DNA of 61,675 nucleotides from Paraspadella gotoi. Taxonomy: Eukaryota; Animalia; Chaetognatha. Shown here one piece after another: positions 10,644 through 20,724 of this stretch (position 1 is the stretch's first letter; each line of letters begins with the position of its first letter). The notes beneath the pieces are model-generated. The model searched no databases and was not told where the DNA came from. It worked only from the letters and a program-made list of their open reading frames with translations. A program made the position numbers and the translations under genes. The stretch is taken from the NCBI GenBank assembly GCA_051294375.1, contig JBJCIZ010001664.1, forward strand, positions 1 through 61,675. The letters are read 5' to 3'.

Positions 10644-13600
10644 ATGGCGTCCAAAGGCGAGAAGAACATGGAGGGCAGTGGAATCTACCCACCGCCCCGG
10701 CCGACACCCAAATCTCACGCAAAGGACAAAGGAGGCGGAATGGTGGGGTGCTACTTGACCCAATCACGGGCCTGACCACACACGCGCCGCCGTCATCGCA
10801 AGCTGGGCCACCGAAACAAACAACGCCGACAACTGCGACGACATCCGCAAAACCGCATGGGCAAACTCACGATGGACATACGTGCCCACGACGCCGAAGG
10901 AGAGCATCAGCGGCGAAATAAACAGCGAACGGCGGTAAAAACCGTCAACGGCCCCCAAAACCTGCACTACCTCGACGCTAGCGACAACTTGCGCAGAGTT
11001 GCAGAAGGAAGAAAAGTGACCACGGAAAAGGGATCAGTGAAATTCTGCGCCTCATTACGAAATAGAAAATCTCTATCCAGGCGAACGAGGAAATGAAATT
11101 CCTCAGGATTACTGTGGCCCAATTAACCAACGTCGTAAACACCATGAGCAGGGATATACCCGTGCCCGAGCAGACATCGCCGACATCAAGGCGATGCTGC
11201 AGGAGGGGAACACAACGTGAGGCAACGTGCGCTGGGATAGGACGAAGAGCCCGAACGTGACCGAGCAGGGAGACGGTAAGAGCGGGCCGAGACTCAACCA
11301 TGGAGCGCCGCGGCGATAATTGCTGAGCCGACAGGCGCCCGAACAAACGCCGTCAAATCGAACGACGCCGCCGACGACGAAAAAGCCAACGGAATTCTTA
11401 AGGGGAATATACCAGTCCCTCGCGGATGCGATATGGATATCCGCACATCGACGAGCAGGCTGAAGGCCTTATTCACCAGGGACTATGAGCCAGCTGTTTT
11501 CATTGACCCCGTCGACGGGGCAGTCTCACAAGGGACTAGTGACGTCTTTCGAGTCGACATCGATCAGTGCTTCAGAGATCGCGGACCTAGATCGAGGTGA
11601 AGGTGGACCCGAAATACACTCCGAGTATGGATTTAAGGGCTGGTCAAAACGCCATAATACCGAAAGTTCGACATCGTCGCCCCAGAGGACCGAGGCGCAG
11701 TGCCGCGCCACACAGCTCGCTGCTTACGAAGGCATTGAGCCCATATGCGCGGGAATCGCCCGAAGTTATGGAATTCAGGAACTGCATCGAAACCGGCAAA
11801 AGAAAGGAGCTAGGAAGGAAAGTCGAGTGGATCCTCCGCGGATGGTGGAAACGCACGGACAAACAGCGACCGGGCCGACGATTCATATAACTCCGTCAAG
11901 GATAATGATCGTCAATCCGCGGCATCCCTCCGACAAAAAGGCCTCACAGAGAAGAAACCCAACAGAGAGCGCAAACGCCTTCTACCAAGGAACTATGCTC
12001 CAAGAGGCCAACAACATCCAGGGAACTGCTGGAAAAGCTGACGAAGATGATCAAGATAACGAGAAAAAGGGACACAAAAGAGACGGACCGGAAATGGCGC
12101 GACAAGCACCACGGATTACCGCAGCAGAAACGAAGGCCGCGAACGCCGCGAGGAAGAGACGAAGGCCGTTGGCAAGACAGAGGTTACCGCGGGAGACCAA
12201 AGTTCAACAAATTTGACACAGAGACGTAGAGATTTTGTCATTGTTGATAATCGACGGACGAAAAAGTGTGCAGTGATGAAATTAAATTTCTTGAAAAATA
12301 CAAAGGTGATCCTTAAAGACGAGAAAAACAGATAGAGGCACCTTAAAGAGGAGAAAGAAGGCGGCAGAGCTAGCACAAACTGCCGCTAAGCACATCCAGC
12401 TGATGGCGACGGAGTCCACGCCAGTAGAAAACACAGCTTCCTCAAAGACGTGCGAAGGCAGCTTAAAGTTCACAGGAGAAAACGGCAGCAGTACGCCTGC
12501 ATAGACTTTTAGCCATTAGCCGAAACGAGAAAAAATGCCTTGCCTTGCCATTGTAAAGAAAGCCTGACGCCGTGGAAAGAATGGGCCTAGCTGAAAAGAA
12601 AGCTTTTCGTAAAAGGCTAAAGATTTGCAAAAAATATGCAAAAAAGGCGAGATGAACAAAAAGGCAAATCCACCTTCAAGGGCATATAGAACAAAAGTCA
12701 ACGCCAGAACCCAACGAACAAGACAACGACAAACTGTGAAGGACAAGTCCTCCCATTAGAAAGGCCACAGACGCCAACAACGGAACAAAAGGCAAGCCTC
12801 GAGCCAACAGACTGAGTCAAGCCTCACCCAAAACTGCCTCGAAGTATCGAAAGATATATACAACCCAACCTACTCCATCGTGGTAACGCTGGAGCGAATC
12901 ATTGCATCAAGCCAACAATAAGGAAGCCGAGGTTAAAATGTCATGAACCAGAAATCTTTGTACCTGAGACTGTGACGCCGGAGACAAAAGGGTGAAATGG
13001 AACCGCCACCACTACCAAAGACAGCGCCCTCGGCACGACAATTCTGTCTTGAAGACAAACCACAGCCGAGAGACGACACAAAGAGGAAAAATAAATTTCA
13101 ATAGCAACAGCTACATCCCCGCAGTAGTCGGCGGAGCCCCAGCTAGCTGGCCTCTACGACACAGGCGCGATCCATTAACACCATCCACGCAAATTCGTCG
13201 ACGAATGGTCAATGCGAGCAAAATTTATTCAGGACCACCGTACGCGTAGCCACCGGAAACGGCACCGGTAACAATCCGCTGAACCGCATAAACCTGAGGG
13301 TAATGTTCCAAAATTGATCTCGACACCACTTTTTTTCATATCGCCAAGACGAGGAGGACAGGGACATCATTATTGGCACAGCGACAACTGACCCAGGCCC
13401 AGCAAAGGAAATTGGGTAATAACACCGGCTGAAAAACAAGGCCTACAGATGGCGCACTATGGGAGGAAAGCCAATCACTCACTTATTCAAAGACAAACAC
13501 GTTCAGCACTAAAGGCGGCGAGATGGTTAGCGAGACATGCGTCGATGAAAAAACAATCATCCCGCTTTATGGCCGAAAGAAACGAAACAACAAATGTTTA

Positions 13601-14480
13601 GTAAGAGCGGCAAAAGTTATTGGAAGTCACTAGCAGAAGCGAAGTGGATGCTGCAATCAGAGACGGAGAAACAGCCTGCACATCGCCGGAGAACACTAAA
13701 AGAAGGCGTCGAATTACCAGGCGAAGCCAGGCCAATGGGACAGGCGAGACTGATCGTAACAGAAGAAGCAAAGATGGATCTTGAACCTAGACCCAGAATT
13801 GCACCGCACCGCCCAGTTCAAGCAGGACCTAAGCGGAGACAGACCCAAACTGAGACGGGTAAGGAAAGAAAAATCCGCCAACAAAGATAATTAAGCACAC
13901 GCCTACAACTCTGAATCAAGCCGCGGAGGAGGCAGAAATAGGCAAAACAAAACACGATGATAGAGGAAAGGAAGAATTCCTACGCCATTTAAGAAATAGA
14001 TCCGAAACTCATCGAAAGGCCCCCATAGTATGGAAACCGTTTGGGAATTCCGCGACGTTTTCGGTGAAACAATAAATGACTGCAAAGAGGGCTTTCTAAA
14101 TTACAAAGTGGATCTCGGTTTCACCACAGAAGGCCTACCGAACCACGTTTTGTAAATCAAGGCCGCGTAAAAAAAGCCGCCCTCAAAAGATACCTGGAGG
14201 TGTACGAAAAGCTGGTGTCGTCTCCAGAACCTCGGGGAAGCATACTCAAATGCTTTCCCATAAAGAAACCCAACCACATCGCGAAGGACCAGACCAAATG
14301 GACGACGAAACCTTTGCAAAACAGTGCGGCCTCATTTGTGACTTATCAGCGGTAAATGATAACATCTCGACTTTCGCAAGCGAACCACAAACAATCGCAT
14401 CGATACTCGAGGAATATAAACCTCATGAGCTTCAATGCTCGGTCGACATCCTTGCTTGCTTTCACCAAGTAAATCTGTCA
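10644..14480 (+). CDS. gag: gag-protease-linker-RT N-terminus (broken by many single-base indels, probably sequencing error)
   Basis: ATG in AAAATGG context gives MASKGEKNMEG. YDTGA at ~13155, DIIIG at ~13365, LICDLSAVN and SVDILACFHQV at ~14330-14470. The same segments are open in copies 1 and 3. Confidence 0.75.
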
Positions 14481-14556
14481 GNNNNNNNNNNNNNNNNNNN
14501 NNNNNNACGAATGTAAACCAGTCACCGCTTTCGCAGGCGCCGGACATAACTGGCAA

Positions 14557-17490
14557 ATGAACAAGTTACCAATGGGAGGCGTAAACAGCGTAAACGTCCT
14601 CCAAGCCATCCTTGACGAAATATTCGCCGACCTCGGCCGCGACGTAAAGAGTTTTCTCATCTACGTCGACGACCTAATCTTAACAGCAAGAACACCAGAA
14701 GAAATGGCAGAACGACTCAGAGAGTTTCTCGAAATCTGTCGTCGGGAAAACGTCGTCCTTAAATGGACAAAAAGCGTCCTGTTGCGCAAGGATGACATAA
14801 AAATCCTGGGTTTCAGCATATCGCAGGACAAGCTCAAGCCCCAGCAAGAGAAGCTGGAACAAGCGGAGCTAAAGCTCAAAGAGATAAAAACGCAAAAGGA
14901 TTTGCGTGCACTTCTGGCTTCGCTAAACTACTACCGCTGCTTCACCCACCGCTTCTCATACCTGGCGCAGCCGCTTCACGCCCTAACCTTAGTTGACAAG
15001 AGCAACTTCAAGTTCGAAGAAAAACATCGCGCAGCACTGGAAACCCTGGTATCAGAGATAAAGAATACGCCGGGACTAAATTTCCTAAACGACGCGAAAA
15101 TAAAAAATGGCGAATATAAAATCTACGCAGACGCAAGCACGAGCGCCATGGGAGGCCTTATAACTGCAACAGCAAATGGAATAGAATATCCACTATGTTT
15201 CCATTCAAAATCATTCCCAGAGGAATACAGGATTAAACACATAAATATCCTCGAAACCCTTGCTTTCAACATGATGACGAGAAAATTCAAAGGTTACACC
15301 TGCGGAAGGAGAGTCACGCTGGTTACGGATTCACAGTATTTTAAAAGAGTGATGGACCTGCAACATGACCGACAACAACTGCTACCAACAAATGTCCTGA
15401 GATGGATCACTGAGATAAAGCAAGAATGTCACCCGAACGAAGTCGTATTAGTAAAAAGCGAGGACAATCCCGCCGACTTCCTCACCAGATTTACCGACCA
15501 AGGACAAATCACCCCGCTCGATACCCCGTTCTTACCTGCAGGCTTCGACGTTGACGGAGAATACGACCCGGGTTTCTGCGAAGACCCAATCAGCGGAGAG
15601 GCGTGGCCTGGACACCTCGAACTACGAGTAGGAGGCGCACCAACCTTAAGCATCACCGCAGCCGCAATGGACATAGACGAAAAGGCACTCAGAACAAGTT
15701 TTTTCAAATATATCAAATCAAAATTCAATGAAAAAATGGAAAACATCCGTAAACTCTACGGAAAACCAAAAACAAAAGATGCAGACACTTACGTAAGAAC
15801 GATCTCAGCGAAAGACTGGATCCTAGGCCATCCAGAATTGGAAATGCTGGCCGATATGACTGGACTCTGCATTAAAATACTCGACGAAGATTCCACAACA
15901 CCGACAGGATGCAAATTTGAAAAGGTGTATGGAAAAAGGAACCAGCGCGAGCTGAAAATATTCAGAACTACAACAGGACAGGCCTCGCTAATCAGCGACA
16001 AACCAGCATTACTAAGGGTAATAAGGACAGCAACCGCGGAGGAAAAAGAAAAGATTAAAAACATAACAAGGCAAACGATCAGCGATGGAATCACGGAGCT
16101 GCGTTTCGGACCAGGCTCAGACAGACCACTGAGAGACCGCTTGGCGCCACCCGCACAGCGGAGGAGAACAAAAGATTTGCCCTCAGACACAGACGTAATC
16201 CACTGCATCTTTGCGGCCGATCCCAACAAACAAAAAAAAGCTGGAGCACCACCCAGACCGACAAGATCGGAAGAAAGGCTAGCGGCGCCGCCAAACTCGG
16301 ATACAAACGAACCCGGAAGTAGCGCTGACGCTGACGCACAGCCATCAACGCCGCTAAGGACAACACCACCATCGTCACCGGAAACAATCCCATATGCGCA
16401 GAAACTAACGGAGCCACGATCAACACCCAGCTCACCAAGATCGCCAAAGATCACCCCAGTAGCCGCCGCTCCGGCTTCGCCGGAGGAAATCGTGGATGAC
16501 GCCAGGACAGCTCAACCAGTAGCCGCCGCTCCGGCTTCGCCGGAGGAAATCGTGGATGACGCCAGGACAGCTCAACCACCCACGGCCCCAAACCGGAACC
16601 CGGGCGCCGGCCCGAGCAGAGCTGCACTCACCTCAGAGAGGCGCAGACGCGCAATTGACGAAGATATAAGAAATACAACTGAAGTGACGCCAGACTCCGC
16701 CACGGAGGCGTCCATCGAAGTAGACGCTGTCGACTTAAACGAGGAGGAAGCGCACCCACATCAACGAGATAAACGGCTACTCCCGTTGAGGGAACATGTC
16801 AAGAAATGGCAAAACGAAGATGAAGATGTCAAATCAGCAAGAATAATCTACGAAAATCACGGATGCGAAGGACTCCGTAGACATCTAGCATCGACGCAGA
16901 GGAAAGCCCTCACCCAAACGCAAGCTTTCATTTTGAAAAACACCGACGATCTCCACATCACGAAAGACGGGATCCTCTGCATCATTGGATATAAAGACAA
17001 CATCCGGTCAACGAGATACGTTGTCCCAGAAAAAAATCTAGAGGAAATCGTCGAGAAGATCCACCAAAAGCTTGGCCATCCTGGACGAGACAGATCAGCC
17101 TACCTCGTCTCCCAATACGTAGCAGCGCCGCAAATGGTACGCACCTGCGCCAACGTCGTATTGAACTGTGACCTGTGCAGACGAACAACTGACGAAATGC
17201 ATTTCAATGAAACAGACCCAACGCCAACAGTCGCAATTACGCCATGGGAATCGTTATGCATAGACGTCATGCATCTCCCGCCCAGCGGAGGCGCCAGCCA
17301 CGTCGTGTGCATCGACAAACGCCTCAGCCTACACCTGGCACTTCCGATCCGACGAGCGGATGCACCGCACATCATAACGGCTTTAGACAAAAATATTTTT
17401 CAATTGCACGGAAGTTATCTCGAAATACTTCGACGGTGCAACGTCACTCAACGGCGAAGAAATGAGGAGTATACTCACCTCTCGACATGA
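14557..17490 (+). CDS. pol: Pol: reverse transcriptase, RNase H, OTU-like insert, Pro-rich linker, integrase N-terminus
   Basis: RT motifs LPMG and YVDD. RNase H motifs YADAS, ILETLA, VTDSQ and NPADFLTR. Integrase zinc finger H-x4-H...C-x2-C (IHQKLGH...CDLC) and LCID. Confidence 0.95.
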   Translation: MNKLPMGGVNSVNVLQAILDEIFADLGRDVKSFLIYVDDLILTARTPEEMAERLREFLEICRRENVVLKWTKSVLLRKDDIKILGFSISQDKLKPQQEKLEQAELKLKEIKTQKDLRALLASLNYYRCFTHRFSYLAQPLHALTLVDKSNFKFEEKHRAALETLVSEIKNTPGLNFLNDAKIKNGEYKIYADASTSAMGGLITATANGIEYPLCFHSKSFPEEYRIKHINILETLAFNMMTRKFKGYTCGRRVTLVTDSQYFKRVMDLQHDRQQLLPTNVLRWITEIKQECHPNEVVLVKSEDNPADFLTRFTDQGQITPLDTPFLPAGFDVDGEYDPGFCEDPISGEAWPGHLELRVGGAPTLSITAAAMDIDEKALRTSFFKYIKSKFNEKMENIRKLYGKPKTKDADTYVRTISAKDWILGHPELEMLADMTGLCIKILDEDSTTPTGCKFEKVYGKRNQRELKIFRTTTGQASLISDKPALLRVIRTATAEEKEKIKNITRQTISDGITELRFGPGSDRPLRDRLAPPAQRRRTKDLPSDTDVIHCIFAADPNKQKKAGAPPRPTRSEERLAAPPNSDTNEPGSSADADAQPSTPLRTTPPSSPETIPYAQKLTEPRSTPSSPRSPKITPVAAAPASPEEIVDDARTAQPVAAAPASPEEIVDDARTAQPPTAPNRNPGAGPSRAALTSERRRRAIDEDIRNTTEVTPDSATEASIEVDAVDLNEEEAHPHQRDKRLLPLREHVKKWQNEDEDVKSARIIYENHGCEGLRRHLASTQRKALTQTQAFILKNTDDLHITKDGILCIIGYKDNIRSTRYVVPEKNLEEIVEKIHQKLGHPGRDRSAYLVSQYVAAPQMVRTCANVVLNCDLCRRTTDEMHFNETDPTPTVAITPWESLCIDVMHLPPSGGASHVVCIDKRLSLHLALPIRRADAPHIITALDKNIFQLHGSYLEILRRCNVTQRRRNEEYTHLST
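16456..16575 (+). repeat. Exact in-frame 60-bp tandem duplication in the pol linker
   Basis: PVAAAPASPEEIVDDARTAQ occurs twice. Copy 3 has a single unit (~27835-27895). Confidence 0.9.
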
Positions 17491-18080
17491 GCGGCAGGAG
17501 AACCCTCGTTTCCAGAAAGAATAGCAACAGGGCAGAGAGAGACATTGGTCGAATAAGACAGGCACTAAGGAAAGCCCTAGATGACGACCCGACGGCCTGG
17601 CTTAAAGAATTGCCACACATGCTACTGCTGCTAAACTCAACACCAATCACGGGCTGGAAAACCGACATGAGTCCACACGAAATCCAGTTCGGAAATAGAC
17701 CAAGAATAGTCGAGACGCCAGACGAAGCGACTTATGAGTGCCTGGCAGATTATGCGAAACTACGTGCGGACAAACAGGAAAACGCCCAAAGAAAAATCGC
17801 CGAACAACGAATAAAAAACAACAGAACAGCGAAACGCATGAACAAGTTCAGAGACCCGAAATCGATAAAGGCAGGCGATCGAGTCTATGTCAGACGCGAT
17901 TTAATCCGAACAGGCGCAGCCCCAACAGCGAACAAAATTAAATCCATCTACACAGGCCCTCACCAAGTCGTTGACGTAAAGGGAAATCACTTCGTTGTTG
18001 AAATAGCTGGACAGCGCCTCATTTACCACAGACGGAGACTGAAGGCAACAGGAGGAGACTCACAAACCTTCAGAACGTAA
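17487..18080 (+). CDS. pol: Integrase C-terminal part (catalytic E, GPY/F-like module)
   Basis: SNRAERDI, SPHEIQFG, GDRVYV and YTGPHQV motifs. Separated from upstream pol by apparent indels. Confidence 0.9.
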   Translation: MSGRRTLVSRKNSNRAERDIGRIRQALRKALDDDPTAWLKELPHMLLLLNSTPITGWKTDMSPHEIQFGNRPRIVETPDEATYECLADYAKLRADKQENAQRKIAEQRIKNNRTAKRMNKFRDPKSIKAGDRVYVRRDLIRTGAAPTANKIKSIYTGPHQVVDVKGNHFVVEIAGQRLIYHRRRLKATGGDSQTFRT

Positions 18081-18461
18081 CAGGCGAAGTCCTTTGAAAA
18101 GGAAAATAACTGTAGATATATGTAAATAAAACATTTAGCCTTAGCAACAAAAATAATAAATAAATAAGTTAAAATGACTAGCCTTAGCAAATACGACCAT
18201 CGTCATCACCATCGTCGTCGTCGCCCAAGCACCGCAAACCTTTCCCTCGTGCCCAAGAAGGAGGAGGAGAGGGGGGCGGAACAAGCGAGAAAACGACCCC
18301 GCTAACAAAAGCAAGAAAAAGGATCGGGAAACGACGACGACAAAACGAACGACGAGTAACGAGCAGACAACAAACCGCGAACAAAGCACCAGACCCTTGG
18401 CAAACAGATCACAAAAACTCACGAAACGAAAACCTAGAGACCGAAGCTCAATACTCGCAAA

Positions 18462-18462
<1 letters not shown>

Positions 18463-18540
<78 letters not shown>
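18463..18540 (+). repeat. Poly(A) tract in the pol-env spacer
   Basis: About 78 consecutive A residues. Confidence 0.9.
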
Positions 18541-18542
<2 letters not shown>

Positions 18543-18570
18543 AAAAAGAAAAAGCAAAAAGGACGAAAGG

Positions 18571-20463
18571 ATGATGAAAATCACAAAACTAATCACCGTG
18601 CTCTGCCTTTGTAAAACCGTAAAACTTTCGAAACAAATAACCCAAGATGAAATCATTGGAAATACACTAGGAAGGCGAGTTGACGTTTTCGACTGCAACT
18701 CCACCGAGAACCACGCTGCGACGACGCTAAACGAAGCCGCGTGCGAACAAAGCGGACAAAAACAAGAGGAATACGGAAAAACGCGTCTTCTCTTCATTCC
18801 CGACGACGAACAGCATGATGCGAAGGGATGCGATTTGACCATCGTCGCCACCGGAAAGATTTGTGGACGGTGGAACATTCCTTATCCAAACATCGACGTA
18901 ATAGACCACTTCTCGCTCCCGCGAGAAACGTGCCTAGACCTACATGAAGGAAAAAAGGTCGCCTTACAAGAACTACCAATCAGGGTGAGCGACAAAACTG
19001 GCATCCTGGTCCCCATCGAAATGGAAGGACGAGACGGCACCAACATCGTCACGCATCACATCGGAACCAATGACGCGGATGGCTATTGCACAGGAGAAAA
19101 GTTTCGCTTTCACGACCACACCTATGAATCAGAAAACGCGAAATTAGTCTCAAATCTTACACTTTACCAACGCAAGATCAGAGTCACCGAGGACGTCCAC
19201 TCAAAAATCGGAAGATGCAGTGCAGCAAAACAAAGTTGCCACTACCCAGGTGGCGTCCTCGCATGGACCGACCCCAAATGCCGAGCAGTAATTGCATTCG
19301 ACGGAGCTGTATTCATGACAAAAGATGGCATGATCCGATCCATCACCGAAGCAGATATAATGACAACTCTCGGCGGATGCAAAAACAAAAAAATCTCAGA
19401 ATGCGAAAACCCGGAAAAAGCAAATTTCGCCGGAAACTGCTGGAGCAAATGCGCGGCCATCTACGCAAAAGCAAGCTCTGCACAACTGCAACGATGCACC
19501 GAAATATGCGGAGGAAAAGCAAATATCTCTTTTGTCCTCAAATTCACGGGGGAAAACATCAGAATAAAAGGATGCGACTTCTCGGCCCGCGCAACGACGT
19601 CGCCACACTTTTTCATCGCAGCGACGACCCCTGCGGGCCTAAAAAGAGACAGCTCAGCCATGCAAGCGCTGAAAGAAAAAGCTTCGGAACTGGCCGAGAG
19701 AAACAAAAAAAATCTAAATCGACTCACGGACGCACTACGGCATGAACTGTGCGTCACCCGAGCCAAGGAGGCACGCGCGGCCGCCATGCAAGCGCACAAA
19801 TCACCAGCCGCCACAACCTTCGTCGATCAAGGAAAAATAGCAATTCTTAGGGGAGAATTGCTAGTAACGGCGAACTGCAAAAAAACCCTCGCATTAACAA
19901 GACAAACAAAAGGCTGCTGGCAAGACTTGCCAATCAGCTACAGGGGCCACGCAGCTTTCCGGCATGCAATTTTTAAACACGTGGTTAGTACGTCATATGA
20001 AACACCGTGCGACCCGCCTCCAGTCTATGAAATTGGCGAAGGTTACCGCGACGCAACCGGACGCCCCTTCAGGAAATATGCATCGCTATCGACCTCGCTA
20101 CCAAATGAAAGAGACCATGTCACAACAGAGGTGGACCTTTATGACGACGTCGCGCTATTCATGGACCTACATGTGAAGTATACGGGAGAAGCACAAGAGT
20201 TCAACGAACGCATGGGAGAAATCACGGCAGGATCACCAGCCTCGCTCTTCAGATCCATTTTCGGTGAATCAAGCCTCACGAAATGGTGGACAAACTTCAC
20301 TCGAATCGCCCCACTCATAGCATTGGCTGCAGTTATCGTCACCATCGGACTCTGCTGCTGCTTCTGCTGCTGCAAACTGACGATGCGAACAGCGATTCGA
20401 GGAGCCGGAGGAGCGATAAACGAATTGGATGCCTTCATCGCAGGAGGCAACCAGGCTCAGTAA
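18571..20463 (+). CDS. env: Envelope glycoprotein (630 aa), chuvirus/gB-like class III fusion protein
   Basis: Signal peptide-like MMKITKLITVLCLC, a Cys-rich ectodomain (FDC, GCDLTI...ICG, CLDLH, DGYCTG, LCV, GELLVTANC...CWQDLPI...TPC) and a C-terminal TM helix IAPLIALAAVIVTIGL followed by CCCFCCC. Lies between pol and the PPT. Confidence 0.85.
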   Translation: MMKITKLITVLCLCKTVKLSKQITQDEIIGNTLGRRVDVFDCNSTENHAATTLNEAACEQSGQKQEEYGKTRLLFIPDDEQHDAKGCDLTIVATGKICGRWNIPYPNIDVIDHFSLPRETCLDLHEGKKVALQELPIRVSDKTGILVPIEMEGRDGTNIVTHHIGTNDADGYCTGEKFRFHDHTYESENAKLVSNLTLYQRKIRVTEDVHSKIGRCSAAKQSCHYPGGVLAWTDPKCRAVIAFDGAVFMTKDGMIRSITEADIMTTLGGCKNKKISECENPEKANFAGNCWSKCAAIYAKASSAQLQRCTEICGGKANISFVLKFTGENIRIKGCDFSARATTSPHFFIAATTPAGLKRDSSAMQALKEKASELAERNKKNLNRLTDALRHELCVTRAKEARAAAMQAHKSPAATTFVDQGKIAILRGELLVTANCKKTLALTRQTKGCWQDLPISYRGHAAFRHAIFKHVVSTSYETPCDPPPVYEIGEGYRDATGRPFRKYASLSTSLPNERDHVTTEVDLYDDVALFMDLHVKYTGEAQEFNERMGEITAGSPASLFRSIFGESSLTKWWTNFTRIAPLIALAAVIVTIGLCCCFCCCKLTMRTAIRGAGGAINELDAFIAGGNQAQ

Positions 20464-20493
20464 GGCGGGATAAACCCGCCGCCTTCGCCGACT

Positions 20494-20506
20494 GGAGCGG
20501 GGGAGG
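20494..20506 (+). promoter_or_regulatory. Polypurine tract
   Basis: GGAGCGGGGGAGG directly precedes the 3' LTR. The same sequence occurs at 50038-50050. Confidence 0.85.
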
Positions 20507-20724
20507 CATAAACGTACACGAGAGCATGCAGCAGCCAGCTGCATCTCCACCCCTGCATCTCTCCATCTCTGCCTCTCTCCTCCCTCGGCAAGAAGCCAGC
20601 AAGAAGCCGAGCTCGCCTCACCAGGACCAAACAAAGACCTCACCAAGCTCTATGACCACAAGAAAAGCCATGGGCCAATTGGAGAGAAGAAGAGGATTGG
20701 GAGGTTGGCAAAAGGGCCAATGAG
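20507..20724 (+). repeat. 3' LTR of copy 2, truncated
   Basis: Nearly identical to 9937-10155, then changes abruptly to unrelated sequence. Confidence 0.9.

Larger units (their letters stand above)
9937..20724 (+). mobile_element. Near full-length env-bearing Ty3/Gypsy-type LTR retroelement (copy 2); 3' LTR truncated
   Basis: LTR, PBS, gag, domain order PR-RT-RH-IN (Gypsy order), env ORF, PPT and second LTR are all visible. Confidence 0.95.

Noticed and set aside
10644-14480. Programmed frameshifts or pseudogenisation in gag-pol
   Set aside because: Scattered single-base indels that are absent from the matching parts of copies 1 and 3 look like long-read error. No specific slippery site can be supported.
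14482-14506. 25-N runs (also at 32970, 43777, 47185, 56031) as real gaps or insertions
   Set aside because: All have the same length, and copy 3 reads straight through the 14482 site (GTCAG|ACGAATG). They are gap-filling placeholders, so adjacent duplications such as 55520-55940 vs 56497-56940 are suspect.
15429-16454. Antisense ORFs over pol, present in both subfamilies
   Set aside because: They are the expected shadow of the A-rich sense codon usage. Substitutions are silent in the sense frame.
18397-18570. Poly-lysine N-terminus of env
   Set aside because: It comes from translating the poly(A) tract from a TTG start. The ATG at 18571 gives a normal signal peptide.
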